Both the position numbers and the translations under genes were made by a program. From Chiloscyllium plagiosum (Eukaryota), in contig NC_057755.1 of NCBI RefSeq assembly GCF_004010195.1, positions 7,182,252 to 7,246,251 of the forward strand: a stretch of 64,000 nucleotides of DNA, given 5' to 3'. Of this stretch, positions 39,101 through 53,197 are shown one piece after another. The notes below the pieces were generated by a model. It ran no database searches and was not told the DNA's origin. It saw only the letters and a list, made by a program, of their open reading frames with translations. Each line of letters starts with the position of its first letter. The stretch's first letter is position 1.

Positions 39101-39560
39101 TTATGAACAACCCTATCAACCTGAGTGGCAACGTTCAAGTATCTATGTACCTGGACACTGAGATCTCTCTGCTGATCTACACTACCAAGAATCTTACCAT
39201 TAGCCCAGTAACCTGCATTTCTGTTGCTCCCTTCACAGTGAATCAGCTCACCCTTTTCCGCATTCAACTCCATTTGCCACCTCTCAGCCCAGCTCTGCAG
39301 CTTGTCTATGTCCCTCTGTAACCTGCAAAATTCGTTGTCACTACCCACAACTCTATTGACCTTAGCGCCATCCGCAAATTCACTAACCCATCCTTTTATG
39401 GCCTCATCCAGGTCATTCACAAAAATGACAAACACATGAATAACAAGAGTTCAGATGGATATGGACCAAATGCTTGCAAACAACACTTGATTAATTGCGG
39501 ATATCTGGTCGATTTGGACGATTTAGACACGAGGATCTACTTCCGTGCTGGACAACTGTA
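36145..39560. mobile_element. CR1 cluster in the GPCR intron (+36145-37600, +37690-38480, -38495-39435)
   Basis: YMDFSKAFDKV, QGSVLGP and LEYCVQFWSP motifs on the respective strands. Confidence 0.88.
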
Positions 39561-40660
39561 CTTCTAGCAGGCCTATTATCGCCTTCCATAGTGTTTCCTT
39601 CTGCCTTGTTAGCTCTTGCTCCCATTGTGTAACATGGATTCCAAATCATTTAAAACAAGATCATTTCTTGCTGTCGTACATATTTGTGATAATATTAATG
39701 AAGATCCTCCCACTCTTTAGTTCGAATTTGTCCTTTTGAGAGGTTACTTACCTTTGACTATTTAGTCCCGAGCTTTGATCTCCTTATAAGTAGGTCCCTG
39801 TAGCGATTATGATTTCAAACCTGTTGCATGTCAATGCAATGCATGTTTAATTGCAGAATCAACATTTTTGCATTTCAACTATTTTTCAATTTTTATCCTC
39901 TTGGTCATTACATTATTGCATGCATATTTTATATTTTTGTCCTAATCTGGATATCGTCATTAAAATAGTTTTTCTGTAACGCTGTCATATCATTTTCCAT
40001 TGTCATCTTATGCAAACCCTTCCAGTACCATCTGACCCTTTTCAGATACAATTCAGTTCTTCACCTTCACATATATTTCTTTCATTTTGCTGACTGTGTT
40101 GATGCAAGTTCTTCAACAGTTTTTCTTTGCTCCATCATTGCACATACAACTGTTCTCTTGATCTACTCCTCCACCAAGCATTCACACAGATCGTTTTCCA
40201 GTTTCTCATTGTCCTACCACGGGAGAGATTATATGTGTCATCGTCCAACATTCCTGCCACATCAAACAAGTTCAACACCAACATATATTTATTTGCCGTT
40301 CTGTCCCATTGCACATGCTGACACCATTGTCACAACACAATGAGAATAAACACCTGACCCTCTTCCTGTACAGACTCAAGAAGCCAGAGAATCATGACAT
40401 TAGCTCACCCATTACACTTTACAAGTTTCTTCTGTTTCCAACTGAGCAGTCATTCACTTGAAACCTTTGCGATTCAATAACCATATTCTTTGCAAAATAA
40501 CTAACTCTCTTGTCCATTGGAAGAGGGCCAAACACATATTGAGTGACGACTTTGCTGAATTTCTCTCTTTAGTCTGCAAGCTGATCTTAATGTGTGCGTT
40601 GGGTATGGATAATGTTTATTTAGTCATTTCTAGATTTAGTCTTCATTCTCTCTGTTACAG

Positions 40661-41568
40661 CTAATTTACAGGCAATTGTGATCCTATCCCGCAGAAAGTG
40701 TGGCCTCTCTACATGCACCACTCGGTACCTCGTGGCCATGGCACTAGCGGATCTCACAGTCATTATGATAAACGCCTTACTTTGGTACATCAGTTATTAT
40801 TATTTCCCAGGGACATTCCTGGATATTGCTCCTGTATGCAGTCTCAAAACTGTATTAGCATCTGCATCTACAGACTGCTCTGTCTGGTTAACTGTCACCT
40901 TCTCCTTTGATCGATTTGTGGCAATTTGTAGCCAGAAGCTGAAAATGAAATATTGCACTGGGAAAACTGCATTTGTGGTTCTGACAACAACCTGCATCCT
41001 GCTCTGTTTAAGAAACATCCCATACTACTTTACGTTTGAACCATTGATGATAATTGATAACGTACCGTGGCTCTGTACTGTGAAGCCAAGCTATTATACG
41101 GATCCTGGATGGGTGGGATTTGATTGGTTTGATCGGATTTTAACCCCTTTGCTCCCATTCAGTTTTATTCTGTTGATCAATGCCTTGACAGTGCGACACA
41201 TTTTAGTGTCTAGTCGAGTGCGTAAAGGTCTGAGAGGTCAGAGCAATGGAGAAAATGCCAGAGACCCAGAGATGGAGAGCAGAAGGAAGTCTGTGATTTT
41301 ACTTTTCACCATATCAGGTAGTTTCATCGTCCTGTGGTCAGTGTATGTTGTCGAATTCATTTATTCTAAAATTACAGGAACCGATCCTGAAGATTACACA
41401 TTTTCTGAATTTATATTTCAACAAGTTGGATGGATGTTGCTCAATCTAAATTGTGGCATAAATACCTTCATTTATGGTCTGACTCAGTCCAAATTTCGAG
41501 AGCAGGTCAAGAACATGTTGACATATCCTTTTACAGCAATTGGTCAATTCATGAAGAAAATAAAGTAA
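40661..41568 (+). CDS. Exon 2 of GPR139/GPR142-like class A GPCR (rest of 7TM; 324 aa spliced total)
   Basis: Acceptor ttctctctgttacag| ends at 40660; open frame to TAA at 41568. TM2 AMALADL, TM3 FSFDRFVAIC, TM5 PLLPFSFILLIN, TM7 NCGINTFIY. The ORF-track start at 40678 is an internal GTG. Confidence 0.93.
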
Positions 41569-42454
41569 CTGAAATCTGTCCAAGGGCGGGGAAATTAATG
41601 AGAGAGCTCCACGCATAATTGAAAGCAGGATCAAACAATCAGATCACTAAATCCACAGACTGATACAACATCTAAACCAATGCCCATTCATGAAGAGAAG
41701 CTGACCTGTGATATCTGAAACTGGAAATCTGAGAAAAGCTAGACTGACAAGGGGCGAGGGAAAACAATGGAGAGGATTTTTAGGATGATTCACCTCCACC
41801 CGTCCAGTTGAATGCACGTGGTCTCTGAGTAATAGATGCCTCATGCAATCCAGTAGTCTTGTCTAACCTGCCAAGTCCATGAACAAAGACATCGATGGTT
41901 CAAATCTGAACACTTACAGCATGTTTACTCAGCTTAGCATCACCTGTGCCCACACGCAATGTCTGGAAAATCCATTCATCCCATTTGTTTGCATCCATAC
42001 AGCTTATTTACCTGTCGTAATCCAGTGTTTGTGTTTGACTTTGCGTCTTTAAATCTGAGAGCATGGGATCAGATGTATCTGTTTACTTTCTCATCTTGGG
42101 TCAATGCGTTGCTGCCAAGACCAGCGTTTAGATTTAGATTTAGCTTTAGATTTCATTGTCACCTAAACTCAATTACGGGTTTAAAGACTCAGTGAAAAGC
42201 GCACAGTGTCTCCCCATGCACGGTGCTTTCTAAGGTAAATGTACCTATGTGCAAACTCTAAGTTTCAGGAGAAGAATAATAAAGAAACATGGCAAAACGT
42301 TCAGCATTACAGACTTCTGAATATAAAAGTGGGAAAATAAACAAATAAAGTAAAAAGCCAAACATTGCAGTCTTTTCATAAGCTATGGGCCTGCCGATCC
42401 ACCAAGCTGGGCATTTTCCAACTGTCTGCATATGCTAGGCATGCTTCCATGAAA

Positions 42455-44830
42455 AAGACCGTCACTCTACACCTTATCTAATCCTCTGATCAACTTGTAT
42501 GTCTCTATTAAGTCTCATCTCAACCCTATTCCTTCTAACAAAAACACAATCAAGTCCTTCACCCTTTCCTCATAAGACCTTCCCTCTATACCAGGCAACA
42601 TCCTAATAAATGTCCTCTGAACCCTTTCCAAAGCTTCCACACACTCCCTTTAATGCGGCCACAAGAACTGTATGTAATAATCCAGGTGCGGTTGCACCAG
42701 AATTTTGTACAGCTGCAAAATTACCTCATGGCTCCGAAACTCACCCCTCTATCAATAAACCAAAACACCGTACGCCTCTTCACAACCCTATCAACCTGGG
42801 TGACAAATTTCGGGAATCTATGCACGTAGACGCCGATATCTCTCTACTCATCCACACTATCACGAATCTTGTCATTAGCCCAGTAACTCGGTATGCCTGT
42901 TACTCCTTCCAAAATGAATCACCTCACATTTGTCCACATTAAACTCCATTTGCCACATCACAGCCCAACTCTGCAGGTTATCTATGCCCCTCTGTAGCCT
43001 GCAACATCCTTCCATTCTGTCCACAACTCCACCAACCTTAGTGTCATCCGCAAATATACTTATCCATCCTTCTACGCCCTCATCCAGGTAATGTATAAAA
43101 ATGACAAACAGCAGTGACGATAAGGATCAAAGCCAAAGACTCTGCAATCTCCTCCTTAGCTTCCCAGAGATTCCTAGGATAAATTCCATATGGCCCAGGG
43201 GACTATCTATTTTTGCACTTTCCAGAATTGCTAACATCTCCTTATTATGAACCTCAGTCTCGTATCTTCAAATAGCTTGTTTCACAGTATTCTCCTCGAC
43301 AACATTTTCTTTTTCCAGTGTGAATACCTACGAAAAATGTTCAGTTAGTGCCTCTCCTATCTCCTCGGACTCCATGCACAATTTCACACTTCTGTGCTTG
43401 ATTAGCCCTAATCTTATTCTCGTCATTCTTTTATTACTGACTTGCCTGTAGTAAGCTTTAGATTTTTCCTTGATCCTACTGGTGAAGACTTCTCATGTCC
43501 CCTTCTGGCTCTTCCTAGCGCTCTCTTAGGTCGTTCCTGGCTAATTTGTAACTCTCACGCGCCCTAACTGAACCTTGGCATCTCATTCTAACATAAGTCT
43601 TCTTCTTCCTCTTGAAAGGAGATTCAGCCTCTTTAGTAAATCACAGCTCCCTCTTCTGACCACTTCCTCTCTGACTGACAGGTGCATACTTATCAAGGAG
43701 ATGCAGTAGATTCTCCTTGAACAAGCTCAACTATGATCATCCCCTTCAATTTCCTCACCCATCCTGATTCTTGTTGATCACATCACAATTGCTTTGCCCC
43801 CTACAGTAAATCTTGCTCTGTGGTATATACTTATTCTGTTCCATTTCTAAAGTAAACCTAACTGGATTGTGTTAACTATCACCAACTTGTTCAACTACCT
43901 CCAAATCTAAGAGCTGGCCTGATTCACTGCAGAGTACCAAATCCTATCTGGCCTCGCCCCTTTTTGGCTTGTCTACATACTTTGTCAGGAAATCCTCTTG
44001 CACGCATTGGACAAAATCTGACCCATCTAACATACTCGATCTATAGCGTTTACAGGCAATATTTAGAAAGTTACCGACCTGCTAATTGCTCCCTTGCTAC
44101 TTTCGGTCCATTCCAGAATCATATTTGCAGTACTTTCATCTACATCTCTGGAATTTTTCAGAGGCATATAGAAAACTCCCAACAGGGTGACCTACCCTTT
44201 CCTGTTTCTAACCTCAGCCCATAATACCTCAAAATAGATATAGTCCTCATCAACCGTCCTTTCTGCCACCATCATACTGTCCTTGACTAACAATGCCACA
44301 CCTCCCATTCTTTTGCCACCTTCCCTGTACTTACTAAAACATCTAAATCCCAGAACCTGCAACAACCATTCCGTCTCTGCTCTATCCATGTCTCCAAAAT
44401 GGCCACAACATTGAAGTCCCAGGTACCAAATCATGCTGCAAGTTCACTCAACGTATTCTGGATGCTCTTGGCATTGAAGAAGATGCACGTCTACGCACCT
44501 TCCTGCCTTCTGGTACATTGTTGTGACCTTGAAACCTTCTTGTGACCTTACTACTCTCAACCTCCCTTACACTGAAGCTACAATTCACATTCCTATACCG
44601 CTGCTGAAATAGTTTAATCCCTCCTGAAGAGCATAAGCAAATTCCCCTCTCCCCCAGCACAGCATATTAGTCCCCCTATGCTTCAGGTGCAGACCATCCC
44701 GTTTGCCGAGGAGCCACCTAACCCAGAATGAGTCCCAATTATCCAGTTATCTGAATCCCTCCCACTTGGACCTTCCCTGTAGGCACTTGTTCAACTGCTC
44801 TGTGTCCCTATTTCTCGCCTCGATAGCACA
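42455..44830 (-). mobile_element. Degraded CR1 with internal deletions
   Basis: GGVALLVKD endonuclease motif and RT C-terminal remnants. Confidence 0.8.
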
Positions 44831-45774
44831 TGGCACAGGTTTCCGAGTGAGACTACAACCATTCAGAAAGGGCAAGATCATAGTGGATCTCAAGTAACAA
44901 TGAGAGACAGAGTTGAACAGATAGTTACAGGAGTTTGGGATTATACCGTGACTTTTGACATCAAACAGTAGATGTTTGAATATCGATTATCAATGAAAAG
45001 AAGGACAACCAAGATTAAGGAACTTCTCGATGAATTGACGTCAAGTCAGCAACTGGTGCAGAGAAGAAACTGATGTATCCAGCCTAGTTAAATCTGAGTG
45101 GCGTTGGAAGTTGAATTGACTTCTCAAAGGAAGGACCATTACTCTTAGCTGTTTCAAAAGTGAGAATGGAGTACAGAAAGAAACTACACAGAATCTAGCA
45201 TTTTTTCTTTAAAGGTTTAATAAGCAGCTTACACCTTGCTAAATACACTGTGAATTTTCTGTTTGCTAATTTATTTGCGATCCTTTGATTGAAGTTAACA
45301 AAGAGGACAAGCACTTAAAGATCGAGCAAGAGTCAATCTTTCAGCCACTTGTGCGTGTACCACCGTTCGGCACAAATATTGCTGATCTTTGAACATTATT
45401 TCATATTTCTGCCTATTGACATCTATCTTGGTGTCATTTAAATAGTCAGCAGTCTCTCAGTTTTAATCAGCATTACATCCAACGATGAAGCAACATTTTG
45501 AAGCAGGCAGTACCAAGAGGTTTTACAGTATCTGAGTGAACAAATGTCTCTTCCTTTCAGTCTTACGTGATGACTATCTTATTGTGTGGCTTTAGACCGG
45601 ATTTCTGATGCCACACACAGCGGAAGCAGCCTCTTGCTATTTCTTTTTTCAATGTATATCACAATTGGAAGTGACTTAATCCGATCATGTATCATTCTCC
45701 TAAACTCTATATGTTCAGTTCCAATTTATTCAGTTCACGAATAAGGCACACAACCTTTGGATCTTTGCTACAAA

Positions 45775-46880
45775 TCTACACTCAAATCTAAACCCTCATC
45801 CTAACATAAGCCTTCTCCTTCCCCTTGTCAAGAGATTCAACTTATTTAGTGAACCACGGCTCCCTCTCTCGACCACTTCCTCCATGCCTGACAGGGACAT
45901 ACTTATCAAGGACATGCCGTAGCTTGTCCTTGAATAAACTCCATACATTCAATTGCGTTTATCACCTGCAGTTTGCTTCCCCATCTTATGCATCCTAAAC
46001 CTTGCCTAATCGCATCATAACAGCCTTTCCTCTGTCTGTAGCTCTTTCCCTGCAGGATACACCTATCCATTTCCATCGTTACAGTGAACATACAGAATGG
46101 TGGTCACTATCACCAAAGTGCTCACTTCCCTCCCAGTCTAACACCTTGCCCTGGTTGGCTTGTGAAATTACTGTGTCAGGAAACCATGCTGAACACATTG
46201 GACAAAAAATTACCCACCTAAAGTACTCCAACTATAGTATTTCCAGTCAATATTTGGAATCGTCTTCGTTATCCTTTCCTCTACATCTCTGGAACAATTC
46301 GGAGGCCAATAGAAAGCTCTCTTTTCCTGCTTCTAACCTCAGCCTTTATTACCACAGTAGATGTGTCCTGAAACGTCCTTTCTGCCACCATAATACTGTC
46401 CTTCACTAGCAATGCCACACCTCCCCCTCTTTTACTACCTTCCCTGTTCTTACTGAAACTAAATTCCGGAACATGCAACAACCATTCTTGTCCCTGCTCT
46501 ATCCATGTCTCCGAAAAGGCCAACTCTCGTAGTCTCAGGTGTCAAACCATGCTGCAAGTTCACCCACCTTATTCTGGATGCTCCTGGCGTGAGGTAGACA
46601 CATTGCAAACCACCTCCCTGCTTGCCGGTGATCTCTTGTGACCATGAAACCGCATTTCTGACCTTACTACGCTCAACCTCCTGGACACTGAAACTACAAT
46701 TAAGATGCCAACCCCCTCTTGAATTACGTTAAACCCTCCCGAGGAGAATTAGCAGATGATCTCCCTCAACTCCTCCCCCCCAGGATATTGGAACCCCTGT
46801 GGTTGAGGTGTAGACCATCCCGTTTGAACAGGTCCCACCTACCCCACAATAAGCCCCAATTCTCCAGCTATCCGAAATCT
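45775..46880 (-). mobile_element. CR1 5' ORF2 region (endonuclease)
   Basis: SETWIEQGQEW..GGGVALLVKD. Confidence 0.8.
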
Positions 46881-47384
46881 CACCTCTGCACATATTGTTT
46901 GTTTTGGCAGTCGGATCATGTGTGAATCAAATCCAAAGGTTTGTACAACAATCAAAAAGACCATCAACTGAACAGTCCAGAATACCCTGACTCAACTCGA
47001 GAAAGATTATGAATTGATAATCCACGCAGCTGAGAGTAAACTGCAGGAAAGCAGGTGAGGCGTTAATCTGTATTCTAATGATCATTCAGGAAAATACAAT
47101 TGGTTTTGAATATAAAGGTTGCATTGCCATTTAAAATGAGCACCGTGACTTAGCAAGGTAACTGTGAGTTCCTAAAGATAATGTTTCTGGCTGTCATTAC
47201 AGTGAGAAGGCCACTGGTAACAGGTGAACATGGATCAAAGAGATGTTTTTCAATGCCCTGGTGTACCTGGCTCCATTATCACCGCTGACAGGTTTCATCA
47301 TTTCAAAGATATCAAAAGAACATCTCACAGATATCATCTGCGGTGACTGGGCAGGTATTTTACCCATCTCGGCAGTGTAGCATA

Positions 47385-49715
47385 GGATGGGGAAGCAAAC
47401 TGCCGGTGATAAACGCAATTGCAGTATAGAGTTTATTCAAGGACAAGTTACGGCATGTCCTTGATAGGTAGGTACCTGTCAGGCATGGAGGAAGTGGTCG
47501 AGCGAGGGAGCCATGGTTCATTAAATAAGTTGAATCTCTTGACAAGAGGAAGGAGAAGGCTTATGTTAGCATAAGGGTTCAGATTGGAGTGGTGCTGGAA
47601 AAGCCCAGCAGGTCAGGCAGCATCCGAGGAGCAGGAAAATCAACGTTTCGGGCAAAAGCCATTCATCAGGAAGTTTACTGCTCCTCGGATGCTATCTGAC
47701 CTGCTGTGCTTTTCCAGCACCACTCTAATGTAAACTCTGGTTTCCAGCATCTGCATTCCTCACTTTCGCCCTTATGTTAGGATGAGACATGAAGGCTCAG
47801 TTCGGGCACTCGACAGTCACAAGGTAGCCAGGAAAGATATGAAGAGAGAGCTAAGAAGAGCCAAGAGGGGACATGAGAAGTCGTTGGCAGAAAGGATCAC
47901 AGAACACCCTAATGCTTTACATTGGTATATCAGTTATAAAAGAATAATGAACGTAAAATTAGGTCCAATCAAGGATAGTAGTTGGATTTTATTTTGCGTG
48001 GAGTCCAGACAGATAGAGGAATGCTGTATGAATATTTTTCGTCAATAATCATTCTGGAAACAGACAATGTTGCCATGGGGAACACTGAGATGGAGGCTAG
48101 TAGAATAGACTGGATTGAGGTTCATAAGGAGGAGGTGTTAGCAATTCTGGAAAGTCTGAAAATAGATACGTTCCCTGGGCCAGAAGGGATTTACCGTAGG
48201 ATTCTATAGAAAGCCAGGAAGGAGATTGCAGAGCCTTTGTCTTTGATCTTTATGTTGTTATTGTTTCCAGGAATAGCGCCAGAAGACTGAAGGATAACAA
48301 ATGTTACCCCCTTGTTCAGGACGTTTCAGGGTTGTTTCAGAGTAGTAACCACCCTCGTAATTATAGACCAATGGGTCTTACTTCAGTTCTGGTTCAAGTG
48401 TTGGAAAAGGTAAGAAGAGATTGGATTTAAAAAAAAATCTAGGGAGGAACAAGTTGATTAGGGATAGTCAACATGATTTTGCGAAAGGTAGGTCGTGCCT
48501 CAGAAACATTATTGGGTTCTTTGAGAAGGTGACCAAACAGGTGGATGAGGGTAAAGTGGTTGCTGTGGTGTATATGGATTTCAGTAAGATGTTTGATGAG
48601 GTTGCCCAAGGTAGGCAATTGCAGAAAATATGGAGGCATGGGATTGAGGATGATTTAGTGGTTTGGATCAGAAATTGGCAGGCTGAAAGAAGGCAGAAGG
48701 TGGTGATTGATGGGAAATGCTCATTCTGGAGTTCAATATCTAGCAATGTACATCAAGGATTTGTTTTAGGTCCACTACGGTATCTCATTTTTTTTTTTAC
48801 AAACGACCTGGATAAGAATGTAGAAGGATGAGTAAGTAAATTTGCGGATGACACTAAGGTCGGTGGAGTTGTGGATCGTGACGAAGGTTGTTGTACGTTA
48901 CAGAGAGATATAGATAAGCTGTAGAGCTGGGATGAGAGGTGGCAAATGGAGTTTAATGCGGAAAAGTGTGATGCAATTCACTTTGGAAGGAGTTACAGGA
49001 ATGCAGAATACTGGGCTATTGGTAAAATGCATGATAGTGTAGATGGGAAGGGAGATCTCGGTGCCCATGTATATGCATCCCTGAAAGTTGCCATCCAAGT
49101 TGATAGGGATGTTAAGAAGGCATCCGGTATGTTAGCTGTTATTGGTAGAGGGATTGAGTTTAGAGGCCACAAGGTCTGCTGCAGCTGTACAAAACTCTGG
49201 AGAGGTCACTCTTGGAGTATTGTGTACAATTCAGGTCACCGCATTTAGGAAGAAACAGGGTTCAGAAGAAATGCACTGGCCTGTTGCCTGGTATGGAGAG
49301 AATGTCTAATGATCAAGGCTGAGGGACTTGAGGCTGTTTTCGTTACGGAGAAGACGATTGTGACGTGACTTAATTGAGACACATAAGATAATCAAAGGAT
49401 TGGATAGGGTAGACAGTGAAAGCCTTTTTCCTGGGATGGTGATGGCTAGAACGAGGGGCCATAGCTTTAAATTGAGGGGTCATAGATAGAGGACATTTGT
49501 CAGAGTTAGTTTCTTTAGTCAGAGACTAGTAGGGGCTTGGAACGCACTGCCTACAGCAGTATTAGACTCGCCTTAAGGGCGTTTAAATGGACTGTGGATA
49601 AACATATGGATAAAAATGGAATAGTGGAGTTTAGACGGGCTTCAGATTGGTTCCACAGTTCCCTGCAACATCGAGGGCCTAACGGCCTATACAGCATTGT
49701 AATGTTCCATGTTGT
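47385..49715 (+). mobile_element. CR1 ORF2 3' region and tail
   Basis: VYMDFSKMFD, QGFVLGP, FADD and MEFNAEKC motifs. Confidence 0.88.
47576..47770. mobile_element. Palindromic PLE-derived insert in CR1
   Basis: Inverted arms; flanking repeat cttatgttag at 47560-47569 and 47771-47780. Confidence 0.78.
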
Positions 49716-50043
49716 AGATGTACAACATAGTATATATATGCTTTATTATATATATATATATATATATACATACACACATACACAATCAAAATTATTATAG
49801 ATATATTTACAGTTTCTTTGTAAACTTGTGAATGGTTCAGAGACTGACAGCCCTACTTGTTTGGATGTGACATGTAAATGATCGATATTTCAAAGCCACA
49901 CTAGTTGAATCTTGGTCTTTGACATATTTCTTGTGCCATCAGCATCATTCCACTCTGGAGAATGAAGCAAATACATTTCCTTTTAAATATAAACGAATTT
50001 CCTACTTTAGCATGGAGATATCATCAGAAAATAATAGTTCGCT

Positions 50044-50688
50044 TTGACGATGTTGTGGCTTTAAGATGTCATTTTGTTTTTTTTTAATAGACGTTTTAAG
50101 AGATAGGTGTACAGCAGTCTACCAGAACCACTAGATTAAAATAATTGCGAGGTCTTGGTTTATTTTAAATTGGAACAATCGAAACAGACTGAAGGAGTGT
50201 GGTTAAACTCTCAGAGATACAGAACCTGTAGTTTAGATTTCAGTAGGAGCTGCTGGGGCTGTGAAACGCTGCCACACCTCTCTTTGTTCCAGTTGAACAC
50301 TGGAGTTCTCGCTCTGTCTGTGTTGTCTTTGGCGTTCTTTCCTCCTGGATCGGAGAGTTGCATGTGAGACAATCTGCTTTCTGAATTGTCCTTTTGCAAA
50401 GTGTTCATTTATGGGATTTTGCTATATGAGAAGCTAATACTTCGCAATAGTTACTGCATCTATTATTCTATTATGTTTTCCAGTAAATGTTAGGTATTAC
50501 AACTTCATCGTCTTTTGTTTTTTTTTTAATTATCGTAGATGAATATAGTGCGTTTTATCTAAATCCTGTCATTTCAGAAACCGAATTGCATGTGGAACGC
50601 AACACCTTAACTTAAACTTGAACATAAGTTAACATAGCTCTGTACTGTCTTCTGAATAACTTGAGCAGGTTTGATTTGGTCTGCAGCA
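50044..50688 (+). mobile_element. Probable solo LTR distantly related to the 53288 LTR
   Basis: Starts tgacgatg like the 53288 LTR, shares the ccttttg..agtgttcat block and a ttggtc..ca end; similar length; no internal sequence follows. Confidence 0.5.
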
Positions 50689-52393
50689 TTACACTGCTTT
50701 GGAGGTTCGCATAATCTCAGAAGCTCTCAAGAAATGTCACAGCTAAAAAATGGTTGTGGATTCAGCTCACTACAAAGCTGTCTTGCAGCAAATATAGTCG
50801 CAATTTTGTACAGTTGCTGGCATTTCAAGCAATAATGAGATTAAAGTAAGAACCTCATTGTGTTCTCTTCCATTGTCTTTTAAAATCTCAATATGTGCTC
50901 ACGTTTTCTTTTTAAAGTAGTTTCAGGCTAGATAGCTTCCATGGATGCTCATAAAAATAAAGGGTTTGGGTTCCAAACCAATTCGTGACCAATTATGATA
51001 TTCTGCGGAAAATCAGGGCAACATTGCAAATTATCAGCTCAGTGAGGACAATGAGGACTAATAACGAGAACCTGTAGTAAATCAGCACGAGGCACCTGGT
51101 CGAGTACGTTCCAGTGTAAGACAGGACTGTGGCAACTCCGATTGTGCTCTCAACTCTCCTTGCCTCCCTGCCGTCCATAATGTTCCATTCACTTGTCCAC
51201 ACAAGTCTCAGTCGAACTCAGCCTTGTGTACTTTAATTAACCTAGCTCCACTGCTCGTTACAAAAGAGAACACAAAGGGCTAACAGCCTCGTCAGAGAAG
51301 GATTAATTTCGCATTTCTGTCGTATATCTGAAAACCTAATCGCAACAACCCATACCGATATTCTGTCAAACCATCAGAACTGAAATCCGTTCTAAAAAGG
51401 AAGATTTGATGCAAAAACGGGAAAAGAAAGTAACTCTAGTCGAAAACAAATTGATAGAATGAATGGAGTAACGGAGTGGACATAAGAAAAATGAAGAGTA
51501 GGAAATAGGGAAGGACACTTGAAATGTGAATATTCATAAATGGCAATATATGGCTGACACATTGAGTAAGTTGCTTTATCATACCAATCAAAATCAGATG
51601 GTGATGCACATTCCTATAAAATTGTGGTACAGAATTTGATCTGTTACATAGCATTTCCCAGAAAAGGAAGTGTCAGAAAGAACTACAGTCCAAATCTTAA
51701 CATTGGTTTGTAAAAACCTCATTATTCACTCAAAATCTTTTCGCTTAAATGCGCCATTTCCAGGAATGGCCGGACGATGTTAACAGAGGTATTTCTGAGC
51801 TATGGCGTCTCCATTAGATTGTAGACATTCGTGTCAACACCTCGCTATGGTGTTGTTGCAGTTATGTTTGTCGAATTTGTATTTAGTCCACAATGACAAT
51901 ATTCTGGTCTCAACTCAGGGTAGTTTCAACATAAAAATAGGGAAAAAAAAACGTCTCTAACAAATATAAGATCTTAGACTGAGGAAGGGCTACTGGAGTG
52001 GAAACGTTGACTCGGTTTTTCTCTCTCCGCAGATGACGACAGAACGGCTGAGGTTCTCCATCACCTTGTGGTCTTGTTTATTTTAGGGCAAGGACATTCC
52101 AATCTGAAAATAATTTTCTTGTCAAGGCAAACGTGACTATATTGGGAATCAATCCTCATGCTTTTCGTCGTTAACTGTTAATGTTAATCCTATTTAGCCA
52201 AGGAAATGAGGATACATTGATGAACATGTTGTCTTTATACATCCTTCGTGAACTGTAAAACGTCATGTTGTCACATTCCTGTATCTAACTTATGCTGTTG
52301 TTTTACTTTCAATTGGCATACACGAGTACAGGCGTCAGTGATCCAATTTCCCCCTGAAGGGGAACTTCAGTCACAATGAACTAAGATACATAC

Positions 52394-52553
52394 CTGCCTG
52401 TCACTCCCGGGTCCACCCTCACCAATTTTGCTCACAGAGAACCTCAGTTTCTCACCGTGTTTCTCGCTTATCTTGTCTACAATATTCAGCTTCTGTTTGC
52501 ACGACGCTGGTCCCTTCGGGTCAAAGAAGACAAGGATCAGATCGGCTGTTCAC
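52394..52553 (-). pseudogene. Downstream exon of the same NTPase (G4 region), damaged 5' end
   Basis: 52546 to 52394 reads ADLILVFFDPKGPASCKQKLNIVDKISEKHGEKLRFSVSKIGEGGPGSDRQ then |gtatgt. EHD-like DLIxxxFD strand; K-A-D motif appears as SKIG; 5' end reads caag-TGA-ACA-GCC. Confidence 0.8.
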
Positions 52554-52906
52554 TTGCAACACACAAGGGAGGATAACGTGAGAAAACCACAACGTAGTCA
52601 GAGATATTCTAAGGTCCCGCAAGTTCTGCGATGAAGTATGATATCCTGAAAGTTGTCAGGTTGATTCTTTCAATATTCATAACGAAAGATAAATGTGTTC
52701 AACAGCTCTTAAGCAGCAATCCCTGGCTCAAACAACTTTGGACAATATAATAGAGCATCTGGTCAAAGTCTAATACCAACTCTTCATGACTGACCTTTCA
52801 ATTTGCTTGCAATATGTTCTCTTAAATCTTTGTGTTTCTTGTACCTGAGCACAGCAATGTACTTCCAGCTGATAAAGTAATTTGTCTGAAACCTGCAGAA
52901 GGTAGG

Positions 52907-53197
52907 GTGGCACGGTTGGTCAGTGGTTAGCACTGCTACCTCATAGCACCAGGATCCCGGGTTCAATTCCAGCCTGCGGCAACTGTCTGTGTGAAGTTTG
53001 CACATTCGCCATGTGTCTATGTGGGTTTCCTCTGGGTGCTCCGGTTTCCTCCCACAGTCCAAAGATGTGCAGGTCAGGTGAATTGGCCATGCTAAATTGC
53101 CCATAGTGTTAGGTGCATTAGTCAGAGGGAACAGGATCTAGGTGTGGACTGGTTGGGCCGAAGGGCCTATTTCCACACTGTAGGGAATCCAATCAAA
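52907..53197 (+). mobile_element. tRNA-derived HE1-like SINE
   Basis: A-box/B-box-like head (cagtggttagc; gggttcaattcc) and CR1-like 3' tail. Related copies at ~815-911(-), ~12715-12980(-), ~22215-22397(+), ~22605-22778(-), ~55981-56197(+). Confidence 0.85.

Noticed and set aside
52793..52891. Exon-like segment (ctgcag|...|gtcagt, minus strand) as the missing DxxG exon of the NTPase
   Set aside because: No reading frame shows DxxG or any resemblance to the expected region; it abuts a SINE.
52907..52980. tRNA gene
   Set aside because: tRNA-derived SINE head continuing into a SINE body, with many copies in the window.
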